Source: Rhodosorus marinus CCMP1338 (Eukaryota; Plantae; Rhodophyta). From it: 64,000 nucleotides of DNA. Position 1 is the first letter of the stretch; every line of letters begins with the position of its first letter. Below are positions 36,372 to 50,365 of this stretch, one piece after another. The notes under the pieces are model-generated. The model had not been told where the DNA came from. It saw nothing but the letters and a program-made list of their open reading frames with translations, and made no database searches. The position numbers and the translations under genes are program-made. The stretch lies in assembly GCA_029953675.1 (NCBI GenBank), contig JAMWBK010000005.1:2418001-2482000 (forward strand), read 5' to 3'.

Positions 36372-39300
36372 TCAACGCTTTCGGCGGCTACTTTCAGCTG
36401 CCGGTGGGAGACGGAAAATTGCTCGGATAGTTCGTGAAGCATATCTCTCAGCTACCCCGAGAATCACCTCCGCTGCAAACTTTTGACCTGCGGGTAACGC
36501 GATAAACCTCTGGCAAATGCCGAAAAAGTCGTCAATCCGAACCCCCTTTCTAAGCAGCGAGTCATTCACAAGAGAAAGCGCTTGTTGTAGTTTCGGAGAC
36601 ATTTGAGCGTCTCCTGGCTGCCCTTGTAGAGAAAACAGAGAATTGTTCGCAAGGTAACCTCTCAGGTACTTCGTGAGGTCCACCCCAAGTCCATCGAGTT
36701 CATCCACGAGCAGATCGGCGAGCATGTACCTGGCAGCCCAACGTCGTTCGAAAAGTTCAGCATCCCCAAGCCATGTCAAAGTATCATTTTCACGACGATA
36801 GGCCGTACCTCATCTCAGTGGAGTCGTCGGCGAGTATGTATTCCAGAAACGAGTTCAATCCTGCGCTCACGTCGTCCCCGTTCATCCGTGACGCGGACGT
36901 CAGGAGGCCAGTCCACCTGTCCGCAACTAGTTCTCCGTCCTTCACCAAGAACAGCTCCAAAGCCGACCGAAGCTCCGCTGAGTCATCAGAAAGCAACCGT
37001 GACGCCACAAACGGATACGCCTCGTTAAGTATCTTGAACTCTGGGTCGACCTGTCGCCATTGTTTTAGTCACACAATTGTTAGACCGATCAACTCCTGCT
37101 CATTCATATTTTTCCACTGTTCAAGTGTGGTAGGATGTCGACTGTCACCTACCTGAATCGCAACACCCTCCAGAACGCCCAAGCACCGGAGTATCGCCGT
37201 GTAGTAGGGTGGAAGTTGGAAGTCAAAAGAATAAAACACTGTGCCAAGCTTGCTGATGACGCTCTTGAAATTGAACTGTCCAACAGACGCATCAAGGACA
37301 TCCGGAAGCGCATCATTAAGAGCCTAGGATACGTCACAAGCACCACAGTGTAGAGATCTACGTTCAGGTCACGGTGCTAGCCGCATCCAGTTCGCAACGA
37401 GCATCCGCGATTCCAAGAATGCTTCCCGAACCGCAACAATGTCTCGGATCAATAGTATACTTACCTTAACGATGGGCTCTTCGTCAGCATCCTTGTCCAG
37501 AATTCCGAGCCTCTTGTATAATGCTACAAGGTTCTCCCAGTCTCGGTTCACTAAATCTACAATTGCAAGAATAATACCGTATGATTGTTCTTGCGTCAAT
37601 GTGCTAGTCATGCCGAAATCCAGATAGCAAAGCGAAGCATCCCCCGTCGCCAACAGATTTCCGCCGTGAGGATCAGCGTGAAAAAAGCCTAGTACCGACG
37701 AAACAACAAGGGTTCAGCAACTTACAACAACCTAGGACCTGGCAAAACGGCAAACCGAGCAACGAATGTTTTGTTGAATTCTGTTCTCACCGTTCTCAAG
37801 CATTTGCCTCAACGAGCATTGAACAAGTGACCTTACAAGCTCGGATCTGTTTTCACCCAAAGTGTCCGATTCGAGACGAACTCCTTCAACCCACTCCAAA
37901 GTTATCACCTAGAACAACAGGAGCCGCCACTGTTTCAGCCTCAAAATGTTTGGGACTTCAAGAGGCAGTCTCCCTCCCCCAGGTGATCCAAACTATCCTT
38001 GAGCTTTCTAGCTACGTCGAGCATTTTCGGTGCGTTTCGAGCTGCTGATGGGCCGATTTGATGCTTTTCGCGTACCTTCGCAGATGTGTATCTCCAATAG
38101 ACCTTGGGTACAAAGATCTTCTCCATGTTTCCATACAGGTCTTTAAATCTTTCCGCGTTTCGGGCCTCGTTGAGGTAGTCAATCTCATCGTAGATAAGTT
38201 TCCCAAACTCATCCACGATTAGCTTCAGATCAAAATCGTATTTCACCAACCGGAGCAGCTCATTTAGCAGCCCACTCAACCGCCTGAGAATATATATGTC
38301 CAGCGCGATGATTTTCTCGCAGTTGGGTCTCTGCACTTTGATGGCAACCTCTTCACCGGTCTTCAAGTATCCCTTATACACCTAGTAAGGGCAAATTCAC
38401 ACGGTTTCCTCCGTCGGTTAACGCAGGAGTCCCAAATTATTGGTCGTCTATCGCATTCGCTCGTCAAGATCCAACTTCTCACCTGTCCAATGGAAGCTGC
38501 TGCAACTGGCTCAGGGTCAATTCGCTCAAAGAGGTCCTGCAATGTCCCTCCCAGTTCGCTCTCAATTTGATCAAAAGCTTGCTCGTTGTCAAACGGGGGC
38601 AGTCTATCCTGAAGCTTTTGCAACTCTTGGAGGTACTCTGGAGGGAGTAGATCGGGACGTGAAGAAAGTGCTTGTCCTGAAGGTCGTCCGGAAACCAAGC
38701 AATCAGCGGTTGTCACCAAAAGTCCTGCAGAAAAGTTGGTCCGTCTTGCACTTACCAGCCTTAATAAACGCAGGGCCAAGGCTTGCTACGAGCTCCATAA
38801 ACTCCGTCGCTCGTTTTCTGCGGTTTTGAGTTGCTCTCCCCAGTTGATAATCCAGTACAATCTAATTGTGCAAGCAGAATACCCCGTACCGGAGTAAGCG
38901 CGTATTTCCCATCACTTCATCACATCAAGCAAGTTAACACTGTTCTTGTTTCTTAGGAAAACGAAACGTACGTTGGTTGCGAACGCAAGAAGAGGTGTTG
39001 CGACTTGCAACCTTCGCCTCCAGCACTCGATGTGCCTGTCTTTGAAATACTCTTCCAGCTGCTCTGGATCGTACTGCTTCCTTTCATTTGCGCTCTTGTA
39101 GGCAGCGCTTCTTGCATCTTCTTCACCGGAGACTTCAAGTAGGTCACCACCTAGATGTGAAATCACATAGGAAAAAAAGCGAAAAGACGAATCCACACCG
39201 AAGAAGAGGGCTGAGCAGACAATCCTCCAACGCTCTGAGCAATACTCTGTGTAGTACACGAATCAAGCATCTGCAAGAGCGCACATGACACAACCAAAAC

Positions 39301-39495
39301 CAATCAAAGGGCACCCCCGCACTCACCTCTCGTTCTCACGATCTTCGAAACCTCCGCGTCCACGAGCTTCAATTTCTCCAACCGTCTATTCGCCGCAACC
39401 AGCCTATCCGATTGGACTACTGCACAGGTCACGACTCCCCGTCGATACCTTCCATTGTGAGCCTTAAAACTGCACACAAAAGCCTCATCCCGCAT
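36372..39495 (-). CDS. ABC1/UbiB atypical kinase (ABC1K), probably plastid-targeted, multi-exon
   Basis: [51 protein letters not shown] and YLDFGM. Confidence 0.9.
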
Positions 39496-40512
39496 CTCTC
39501 CTTACCCCTCCCTCCCCCTACCGCCTGAAAAACTCTTCACTTCCTCCAATTCATTCCTTCACCAAAACCCAGCACGAAACACCTTTACCCTTCAAACGAA
39601 AACTACCCTTCCCATTCTGCCTACCACCCTTCCCCAACATACACGCACTCTTTTACCTTCCCGCTTCCTTTTTCTACCCCACCTTCACAACACCAAACGG
39701 GTCCCGTCCCCCTCAAAACCAATCCACAAATCCTCCTGAAAACTTGACACTAAGACACGATCTGAACCACATTTCATGAAAATCCCTTCATTTCTGTATT
39801 TATTTCCGTCCATCTTCCTGAATTCCAGCATTTCCCGATCAGGTCATCCACCGCCTGTTAAAAATAATAATAAGACGAATAAAATACTTGCAATTTACTA
39901 AACACAAAATCGCCACATTCGTCCGAAGTGGTGGAAAATAATATATTATACAGTATATTATTTATTCGTATGTCTATTTATTTTGGATCGGACATAAGAT
40001 CTGTCCACTCGTGAACAAATATAGTGCCTGAGGAAACAGATGGAGTATTATGATTGGATAGACTGATTACATGTTACAGAAGAAATTCATAAATATATTA
40101 TAGTTTATAAACCGGGCATGATTTTTTTCCACACGAGTTTAGCCCTCCAGCAGAGGCGTCCCAGGTTGTGTTTGAATTTTAGAATAAATTACAAAGAGAC
40201 AGATGGTGTATTTGTATTGGTTTAACCCAGAATTAAGTCGATTTTATGATTTTTTTGTCTGTTTGTCAGGTTGGTTAGAAGTCCAATTCCAAGATCATAG
40301 CGACCACTATTCGGAGCTAGAGTCTGGGCTGTTGACAAAGTCACAGTAAACAAGTGAACTTACGATCCTTCCTCTACTAGATCCTATGGGGACAATGACG
40401 AACCACAAGATCCGACCCCTATTGTGAGAACTGACGAATACCGCAGTCGGTGTATTCGAGTCCACGAGCAAACGGTGCGAGCTGATGTCCTTGAGTTCTA
40501 TCATCGTCATCA

Positions 40513-40960
40513 TCAGTTTATTCCGAGCCTGTCTAACATGAGAAGCCGGAACGGAGACGCTGATGACGCGCGTCCGACAACAAAGCAGTGTGCGAATGCC
40601 AGAGGGACAGAGACAGCCGAGGCTATCAAGACGGCCGGGGCATTGCGAAAAACACGACGAAGCGAGCGAGAAGAAACAACGTTCAATAGCCCAAAGCACT
40701 CGATGATCAGCGGTACAAACCGATGAGACAGCACCGAGTCCCGAAAGGTTGGATGAGGCATAGCCTCAGCGGTTAATAAGCTCTGAATACTGCATCGGCG
40801 GTGGTGGTCGTGGTGGTCGTGGGGAAGCCGAGATCTTGCAGAGTTTGCGCAGTTCTGATGGAATCTAGAATCTCACTGGAGTGGTGTAGCTGAGCATCTA
40901 TCCTCGGCATGTCTCCACAAGGGAAAGATCTTGATTGTGCTTTGCCTTTGCCAGCGTTTT
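40513..40960 (-). mobile_element. Possible 3' relic of an RLE-type (CRE/NeSL-like) non-LTR retrotransposon
   Basis: HRFVPLIIECFGLL...SAVSVPL resembles the C-terminal FVPLxVETxGxW...ISVAL motif of RLE-clade elements. Confidence 0.35.
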
Positions 40961-41022
40961 CGGCTTCGAACTAAGGACGAAGAATTCGGTCATACCCTGT
41001 CAAGGCGAGACTACGCTTAAAT

Positions 41023-41429
41023 GAAATGCCTTGAAGCTTCTTCGAGGTTCGTGGGCAGTCATGGCTCAACTTCGGATGTAGATAATTGTTCTTTTTGTTT
41101 CATCAGCCGTTGCTCGTTTTGTTCTTCAGCTATTTCATGTTAGAGCTTCCCCTTCCCTGCCTTTTTAACCAAATTCCAATATTCACCAACCTCGAGAAGC
41201 GCATATCAGCAAGCCCATTTTTTGAAGAAACCGTCAATAATTTTCAAGCTCGTCATGTGCCATAGTAGATTAGGATTTGGAACAACATACTACTCTTAGT
41301 GTGCTCAACTGCAGGGCTACAGTCTCATGCGCGTTGCCAATGCCAAACACTGTACACGGGGGACAATTTTCTACGTCCGAAGTTAAGCCATGACTGTCCA
41401 CGAACCTTGAGGAAGCTTCAAAGCATTTC
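41023..41429. repeat. 67-bp inverted repeat pair flanking ~273 bp (MITE-like or hairpin RNA)
   Basis: 41023-41089 versus the reverse complement of 41363-41429: 60/67 identical by manual alignment. Confidence 0.85.
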
Positions 41430-42388
41430 GCTTTGCCGGTAGGCTCGAAAAGTTTGCCCACGGGCTATTATGGATTCTGACCAGAAAGACGTTCCAGGAT
41501 AATTCAATCATTATATAAGATTGACTGTAATAAAGATTGATCAAGCAACAGCACCCTCACCTGCTACGATTTCCTGCTTCTTCTTTCTCTTTCAAACTGT
41601 AGGGGTCGAAACCTACCACCACGATAAATATCGGAGCCCCTATCCCAAACAGGTTTTGAATCCATATATAATAAATAAATGTAAAAAAGCGAAATATTGT
41701 GTTGCATTTTTTTTGGGATACCCCTTATATCATGGATAATCGATGCGCCTAGAATATCTCTCCTTTCCGGGTAGGGGTAGATGAAGACTATGACGGTTGA
41801 TCTTAAACAAATAAAACTTTTTGAGTGGTGCCATCCACCCGGAGCTGTTTTCTTTTTTTTCTTGATTTTTTTTTTCAGAAAGCTGGCTGGGTTGGAGTTG
41901 TACGTCTTTATTTGATGGGGTTATCGGGTTTTATTGGGAAGCGGGTGCTGATGGGAATTGTGCAAGGGTTTGGTTTTGGGGAGGGAAGGAGGGTGAGTGT
42001 GGAGGTAAAAGTTGTACGAGGAAAGTAAAACACGGTTAAACATTAGCTAGCAATAGCCTACAAGAAATCTGTTTCCTGTTGAAGGCGTAGCTGGATCTCG
42101 AATTGGGGTTTGGACTAAGAGTTTTGTAATGTTGTAAGGGTAGGACGAGGTTGTTGGTTTCAAGGTTGTTTGGGACTTGTGTTCATCGAAAATATTTCCC
42201 AGACAACAGGTAAGGAGTCTCATTGAGTCTCCCATGTTCTTCGTTCTGTTTCTATCTGAGTCGATTTTGGTTGGATCTGCCTTTTTGCAATGGACAATTT
42301 TGATCGAGTGTATGGAAGGTAGGGACCTCGCGAATCTCCTACGCTATTTGACTTGTTGTTCGTCTTCACGATTGCATAGAAGCGCGTC

Positions 42389-45300
42389 ATGAGTGTAGCA
42401 GTGATGAATCCGATTGTTCAGAGCTCGGCCGCATCGGCCTTGCTGCAGTTGGACGAGCCGGAAGTAATTCTGCAGTCGCATGCTTTGCGGATCCTTAATA
42501 GCTTGGCGGACTCTTTTTGGCCGGAGATATCGCCTTCCGTAGCAAAGATACAGGATCTGAGCGAGAAGCCCAGCTTTCCGGATGCGAAGCTCGCTTCTCT
42601 TGTTGCAGCGAAGGTAAGATCGGGCATCAAACAAGACTCAGCCTTGCTCTCCCGGAGCTTTGGAGACTTCTCTGAGCTCTGTGAAAGCAATGGGGGGCAT
42701 TGGTACCCCCTCGTTGTTCTAAAACATGCGATGAATGCTGAATGAGCGTGGCTTGGACTTGAATAGATTCTTTTCCATCTTGGTGACTTGGACGAAGCTC
42801 TAGCCTATGCTTTACGAGCCAAAGAGCTGTTCAGCATTTCAGATGCTACCGAGTTCGCGACTACATTGCGCGCGAAGTGTATTGATGAGTACATAACCAT
42901 GCGAAATAAGCCGGAGAACGAAAGTGCCAATGCCGGAAAAGCACAGGGAATCACTGACGACCTAGGGTAAGCGCAGCGTTCTGAGCGTGCTGACTGCATA
43001 CGGATAGTTAATGCGAAGCGTGCAATTGTCCACAGGTTTGAAGAAAACAAGAGGATGGCAGCTCTCGAAGACGTTGTACAGAAAGTGCTTGATAGCTGCA
43101 TTAAGAACGGAGAGGTCCGGGAATCTATTGGCGTAGCGATTGAAGCGAAGATGCACGATCGTCTGGAGCAAGCTATTCAGTCATGTGCATCACGGGACGA
43201 AAGAATTGCGGCATTGAATTATTGCTTTGAGTGTTCCCAGGTACGAAAATAAGCGGTACTGCCAAGTGTGAGCCCTACACTCCAATGCACGGACCTGATC
43301 AACATACTGGAACTTGGCTCGTTCCCTCCTTGATCGTCCTGCAGTCCCTGGTTGCTTCACGACGATATCGAGCGGAAGTGCTGAAGCTCATTGCGGATAT
43401 GCATCGACGTGAAGAAGAGCCGGATGAGGTTGCCCTTGCGAATTGCCTTTCGTTCCTGGAGGATGCGGAACGCCTTGCCGAGCTCTTGGAGGGCCTTGTA
43501 ATGTCGGGTGACGAATCGAAGAGATTAGCTGCGATTCAGATTGCTTTTAACGTCCATGACAATGACACTCCTCGCTTCTTCGACAAGGTATAGCTGAATC
43601 TACCCTACTATCATCATCAATCGACTGGAGTCGCATATGCTTGCTTTGATTAACTGGACCACTGGATTGTGTCTCTGTTTCTCAGGTTGTCGCCTTGTTC
43701 GACTCAAAGGAAAAGCCGGAAGGCGAGGCGAGTGCCGAGGAGTCAGCGCGGAAGGAAGCGCTGCAACAGCTAAAAGATATCTTGTCCGGGAGCATTCCGT
43801 CGTCCTTGACTCTTGATTTTCTGAGTAATTATTCAAAAGCGGATTCGTACATTCTTCAGACAATCAAAAGCACACAGGACTCGAGAAGCTCTGTCTGCCA
43901 TTCCGCCCTCTTGTTCACGAATGCAATTATGCATGGCGGTAGGTCGACCTCGATTGGTTTGTCAGCTCCCCGATACTCCCTCTTTGAAGCTCACGCAGCT
44001 TCTATTCCGCTCATAGGAACGGCGATCGACAGCTTCCTGAGAGATAATCTGGAGTGGCTCGCTTTGGCAACATCCTGGGCAAAGTTCTCTGCAACCTCAT
44101 GCTTGGGGGTAATTCACGCGAGACACACTGCCTCAGCATTGAACCTGCTATCACCGTACTTGGCCACGCAAGGAGGTGCGTCTTCGGCATATTCCGAAGG
44201 TAAGATTAATCTGGGAAGTCAAAACCACCGGTGCGGCCGAGAGTGAAGATCACTTGGTAGACTAGGCTAAGTTGACATTTGATGCACTGTGCACTCAGGT
44301 GGGGCATTGTACGCTCTTGGTTTGATGTTTGCGAACGGGGGCTCCCAAAAACTTCAAAGACCAGAAGTAAGTCCACTTTAGGTAAACCTGGCAGAAAATG
44401 AGCGATCGCTAAAAAATCCTTGTCTACCGTAGTCTGCAACCCCAGCAGACGCTTCTGCTACACCGGAGGCCCTAAATGCGTCAGAGTATCTGTTGGCGGC
44501 TCTTCGGCGCGAGAGTGGGAATGAGGTCGTGCAACACGGTGCATGTTTGGGTCTTGGGCTAGCCGCTATGGGTTCTTGGGATGGCGTTGACGACAATGAT
44601 ATTTATGAGGAGTTGAAGCTGACGCTCTTCCGAGATTCAGCGGTACGAGCTCGGAGAAAGAAACGCATTTGCTGGAAAATTTCGTCTAATGGAGTACTCC
44701 TACCCCTTGGGTTGCTTGCTAATGCTATCTCCTCTGGTTTCGCAGGTGGCTGGCGAGGCTGCTGGGTTGGCCATGGGCTTGGTGTCCATTGGCAACGGCT
44801 CAGAGAAGGCGCTCGACGAGATGCTTACGTACGCAGAAGAAACTGAGCATGAGAAGATCATTCGAGGCTTGGCTTTGGGAATGGCTTTGACCTGCTACGG
44901 AAGGGAAGATGACGCGGAGAAGATAATTGAAACCATGAGTAGCAGCAAGGAGCCAATCCTGAGATACGGTGCTATGTATGCCGTCGCTATGGCGTACTGT
45001 GGTACAGCAGATAACAAGGCAATCAGAAAGCTGCTGTATACAGCAGTGACGGACGTGAGTGATGATGTGCGAAGGGCAGCGGTTATTTGCTTAGGATTCG
45101 TCCTGTTCAGGCACCCGAAGCAAGTTCCCAAGATTGTGGCCTTGTCAGCGGACAGCTGTTTCCCCCATGTCAGGTAAGCCTAAGCAACAGGTCTGGGAGG
45201 AAATCAACACCACATAGTAACGGGTGGATGTACCCCTTGCAGATACGGTGCAGCAATGGCCCTTGGCATTGCTTGCGCCGGAACTGGACTTGCTTCAGCA

Positions 45301-46590
45301 TCTGAGATCCTGGAAAGACTAGCAGCTGATCCGTCAGATTTTGTGAGACAGGTACTGCCAAGGCCAAAGACTATGATAGGACTGTTCGCAAGAGTTCACG
45401 TATGAGGCTTTTTAACCGACTGTTTCGGTTTGAAATTTTCTAGGGTGCCTTGATTGCCCTGGCGATGGTATATATGCAGCACTCCGAGGCTCGAACTCCG
45501 AAGGTTGTCGAAATCCGAAAGCTGTTCGAGAAGACCATTGGAGACATGCATGAGGATGTGATGACTAAGTTTGGAGCAATCCTGGCGTATGGAATTATTG
45601 ACTCTGGAGGCAGAAACAGCTCGATCGCGCTGACATCGCTATCGTACGTACCGCGTGGATTTGTCACCCGCTCGCTCTTCTATACCGGTACAACGTAGCT
45701 GACTATCTCGCTACCTAACGCTAGGGGCCACCGGAGGATGACGGCCGTTGTCGGCCTAGCTCTTTTCACTCAATACTGGTACTGGTTCCCTATGGTTCAT
45801 TTCTTCGGGCTCGCTCTTCGTCCGACGAATTTCGTGGCGCTGAACAAGGACCTGAAGTTACCCGTACTGGAGGTTCAGTGCAATACAAGACCTTCTCTTT
45901 TCGCTTACCCTCCGATGGGCCCACCGAAGAAGGTAAAGGCGGAGGAAAAGGCGCCCGTCGCGGTTTTGAGTGTAACTGCCAAGGCCTTGGCACGTGAATC
46001 GCGAAAGGAGAAGGAGAAGGCGAAAGCAGCTGCCTCGGCCAGTGGAGCGGAAGGTGAGACCTCCGAGAAGGAGTCCAAACCAGATGACATGGAAATCGAT
46101 GCGGTCGCGAAAAGTGAAAACGGAAAGGAGACGCCACCAAAGGCGGAAACTACGAAAGAGGAGCCTACATCCTTCATGATTTCAAATCCAAGCCGTATTC
46201 TCGACGAGCAGGCGAAGTAAGCGTTGCGTGCGATGCAGTTAGTTCCCTTGCATCGTTCTCTGGACTGCGTCTAATCGTTTATTGACGTTTCCTTTGTCAA
46301 ACAGGTCAGTAGTGTGGCCAAAGGAAGCTAGGTACCAGCCCGTGAGAGCGGATGGTGTTAGGGGTTTCATCCTTGTCAAGGATACGCGCCTGGACGAAGA
46401 GGAGACGTTTGTCGAGCTGAACAGCTTAGCCACTGCTCGAGCGCCGCCGGAGTCTGGTTCTTCCGTCGAAACCTCGGTACAAGTGTCCTCTGCGGCGAAT
46501 GAGCAACCAGGCCTCGATGAAGGGTCGGAGCCGGAAGCTCCCGAGCCGTTTGAATACGTTGATGAGGAGCCCGCCGATGGTGAGAACTAA
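42389..46590 (+). CDS. RPN2: 26S proteasome regulatory subunit RPN2/PSMD1 (multi-exon)
   Basis: MS..SSAASALLQLDE, WPEIS, LASLVAAKV, LRDNLEWL..ATSWAKFSAT, HGACLGLGL, HEKIIRGLALG, VSDDVRRAAV and PSLFAYP. Confidence 0.97.
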
Positions 46591-47073
46591 GCGTTAGGCC
46601 AGGCTTTATCGAAGGATTAAAAGGAACGAAATTGCCTTAGCAAAACCTCTTCCCAAACAAAGTCCAGAGGAGACTCCGAATAAGTGGGTCTATTTTGTCT
46701 GGAACCGACGCTCGGGCTCTTCAAACTCTAGCAAGTAGACGTAAAACTCGGAAGAAAGTTTTTGCGAGCAGTGCTCGAAAATCTACAGCGATAGATGCTC
46801 GCCATAGCAGGCTCGTGACATGGATGAGTCGAAGTCCATCGGTCTCTACGGGATCATAGTTACATCTACGCACGTGAGGTTGTTTGGAAACGAGCATAAG
46901 CTTCCATGAGCGGGATTGCGGGAGTTGCGCCTAGTTTTTCTCGCCCACTTTGAGCTGCAATCGTTTTTGAAGTTGTGTAGTTAGAAAAACTTTACTTCCA
47001 CGCATGATTCCTACCTGTACACGCAAATACAGTTCTATTTACAACAGCTAGCTTCTACTAAAAACAATTTGCC

Positions 47074-47592
47074 TTAGAAGTCGCTGGCGGTGGTGAAACT
47101 TGGTTCGTTGCACCACGAGACTGGTGACTCTTTAGACCACGACTTGCTAGGACTTGGGCACTGTGAGCTAAAACTTTTTGCGCCGTCTCCGAGGCTGCTC
47201 CTTGGAGATCCGGAAGATAAGTCGCTTTTGTCATCCTTATCCTTATGCAGGGCGACACGATGTCGTTTCAAGCAGCTCTTTGTAGCAAAGCTTCTGCTAC
47301 ATTTGACGCAGTCGTATGGTTTCAGCTGCTGATGGACGATTCGATTATGTCTTGTCATCGATGAGTTTGTCCCAAACGATCGATCGCATTTACCACATGT
47401 GTACGGCTGCAGTCCCGAATGTACAGTTTCAACGTGCACTCTCAAGTTCGCCTTTGCGGCGAAGTTCGTCAAGCATTTCGAGCAGAAAAAGTTCTTCTCG
47501 TTCTTCTCGAGTCCCACGGGACTGGGAAGGGGTTTCACCTGCACCTCCTCCATTTCGTTAGTCTCGTTCAGTAGCAAATAACGCAAATCCAT
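47074..47592 (-). CDS. C2H2 zinc-finger transcription factor (3 fingers), intronless
   Basis: FFCSKC..HVETVH, YTCGKC..HNRIVH and YDCVKC..HRVALH. N-terminal MDLRYLLLN and a Ser-rich tail. Confidence 0.9.
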   Translation of the reverse strand: MDLRYLLLNETNEMEEVQVKPLPSPVGLEKNEKNFFCSKCLTNFAAKANLRVHVETVHSGLQPYTCGKCDRSFGTNSSMTRHNRIVHQQLKPYDCVKCSRSFATKSCLKRHRVALHKDKDDKSDLSSGSPRSSLGDGAKSFSSQCPSPSKSWSKESPVSWCNEPSFTTASDF

Positions 47593-49732
47593 GCCGTCGG
47601 TTTTTTCCTTCCCTCTATTACCACTTGTACAACCGCTCTTCTCTGTTGATCACTGCTATCTCTTCCCCACGTCTCACAGTCAATAGTCCCGACCACGATG
47701 TACCGTTCTTATATGTTGTGATACTTGAATACCGGACACACTCAACACCGGATAACAGGGACGAAGTAGAAAATCATTTTCTTGCGGAGGGAGCATCAAC
47801 AGCGCAAGAATCACAAAGCCGCCAAGGCGAGCCCCGAAAAGCGCAGTACGAAAATCAACTATGGTGTCAGAAGCTGAAAACTCTTCAATTCTGCTACAAC
47901 CACGCCAGATTTCATCTGCCAGGAAGCCCAAGAAGAGGAACTGCCCACGTCAGAAATACTGCGAACTCATTTAGAGTTTTGGACCGGAAATTTCGAAAGC
48001 TACCGGGTAGGGAGAGGGGTGGCTCTTCCAAGCCATCCCCGTGCAACTCGACCAAACAAGAAAATAGAAGTCGTGGAGGACCCATTCCATCCTTATTATA
48101 TCATTTTCTGGAACAGGTCGGTTGTACTTACACGACCAAAAAATAGGGGTAATTATTTTCATTCCTTTACAAATTACAATTAAACCAAATAAATTTTGTT
48201 CGCTATCCCCCGCTCTTGCATTCCAATGTACCGCCCCTGTGAACTGCAATTAAATATTGATACCAAATTATGAACTTATTCGTCTAGTTATAGAGTGCCA
48301 AGTCGGACACCAAAAACCTCCCGCACTTTTCATAACTCTTGAGTGAATTCTGGGCCCATAGAGGTTACAGTTACACATCTACATCGAACTTTTTTCAATT
48401 TTTTTTCTCCGGGCCCCCAACGAAAATCACCGCCAAATTAGAATAATCGTAATTTTTGTGCTGTCCGCTCTGCCCTGCCAAACTCCATCGGCCGCTCTAC
48501 CGGAAATCACCAAAATGACTTTTCCATAGACAGAATTACAGCTCTGCCTGGCAATAAAAACTTCCCCAATGCCGCCCAGCTGTTCTCCGCAGCTAAACTC
48601 AGCTCTGCCTTGTTCTGTACCGCAAAACTCAGCTCGCCCAGCACCGAACTTCTCTTTTCCACATAAAATTGGTCCTTTTATTCTTCGTCTAAACGAAAAC
48701 GAACTTTCCTCCCGATCCGCTCTGGCCGAAGTGTGCTCATTAGGAACACCGCCAAAAACGCACCGCCATTCGCTGCTGATGATGATGATATATAGACCAG
48801 TACGCACCCCCCCCCCCCACTCAACGCACCCCCCCACCCAACGCACCCTCCACAAATCAGCTCCAAAAATTATCAAATATAATTTGTAGATCTTTTGTTA
48901 AAGGACATTTTTGTTCGGATATACGTAAAATTGTGATATCTTCGCAACGAACACTTTTTTTGAAAAACCTTTTTTTTTGTAGGTGCAGTACGTTTTAGGC
49001 GGTTTCCTTGAGAAAACTATTCGGGCAGAGCGGGGATGCGGGGGGGGGAAAGGTGAGGACGAAACTAGTCGTTTGGAGAAGGAGAAGGGCTAAGGAGCAA
49101 AGTGAACAAGTTTTGGAAAGGCTAAAATAAATTTAGATGTACATGCTTTTGCCAAGCGTATTCGGATTGTCTTAGTGCGACTACTAGACGTGTCGCAGCT
49201 CGGAGTTCATAAAACAAGTCGCCTACACTTGTGCGGGATGTACCACAGTACATCCCGCCATATTCTTTGGAATGACTTACTATTTGATTACGCCATACCC
49301 AAAGAGCGTTTAAAACAAAACGAATCCTTTTTTTTGTATTGCCTTTGCGCTCCTGCGAACCCAGCCAGGTCAAGGTCGAGTCTCCCAATGCATGAGGTGG
49401 AGAGCATTTCTGGGCTCTTTTAGACGACCCGGACTGGTTTGCGGGGAGCGTTGGTTGATATTTATGTAGGCAGGCAATATGTATCTTTCCAGCGCACAGC
49501 AGTGAGTGAAAGCCCAGGCAGATAGAACAAATTCCCCAGTGCCTGTGATTTATATTTTAAAAGACATTGAATTAGGACACGCTGTCCCAGACGAATCTAG
49601 CGCAGCTGAAAGGATGTCCGGTAGGAAGCAGGATTTGAGGCCTTTTCGTCGCTTTCGCAAATCCGTTTTAAGACCTCCACACACATTCACTTGCTTGAAG
49701 AATATTAAAGCGTGGTAATTTGCATTCCAAAT

Positions 49733-49786
49733 AGTAGATTGTCTGTCCGCATATGGCCAAGGCCATATGCGGACAGACAATCTACT
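49733..49786. repeat. Perfect 26-bp inverted repeat with 2-nt spacer
   Basis: agtagattgtctgtccgcatatggcc-aa-ggccatatgcggacagacaatctact. 17 bp of the right arm recur exactly at 50609-50625. Confidence 0.95.
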
Positions 49787-50341
49787 TCGCCATATCCGGG
49801 ACATAAATCGACATGGAGCCTTATTCACCGAAGGAACATTGTTTTTTTCTCGAAAAATTTCAACTGATGAACTTCAGATGCTTACTATATATATATGTGT
49901 GAACCACATGCTCCCAAGCCCAGGATGTTTTGTAACTGAACGTTGGCCCAGTGCTCCAATAGGAAATCGAGATTGTCGTCTATAACAGACGGGCTGAGCT
50001 GCTAGTCTATGTGAGTAAGCATATCACACATTTTGTCGTTGAGAACGGCCAAGACACCGACACTTCTCCGTGGGTGAGCTTTTCGAGTTTCTCTCAAGCG
50101 CTCCACTCCCACTCCCTCCTCCACGCACTCCCAGAGGCGTATGTATGAGTGTGAACGCGTAGATGGAAAAGGTTGCTCACAATGTACAATGTGGCCAATT
50201 TTTTGATAATGCTTTTCGAAGAAAATTGTTCTGCAATTTGCGGAATTCGCTTTGCGGTTGTCAATCTGTTCACTGGACTATTTGGAGCTCAAGCGGCCTT
50301 TTCCATCTTCTCCAACGAGGGTGTTCCGCATCCGGGTGTGG

Positions 50342-50365
50342 TGGAATGTGCATATGCACATTCCA
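50342..50365. repeat. Perfect 24-bp palindrome
   Basis: tggaatgtgcat|atgcacattcca. Confidence 0.95.
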
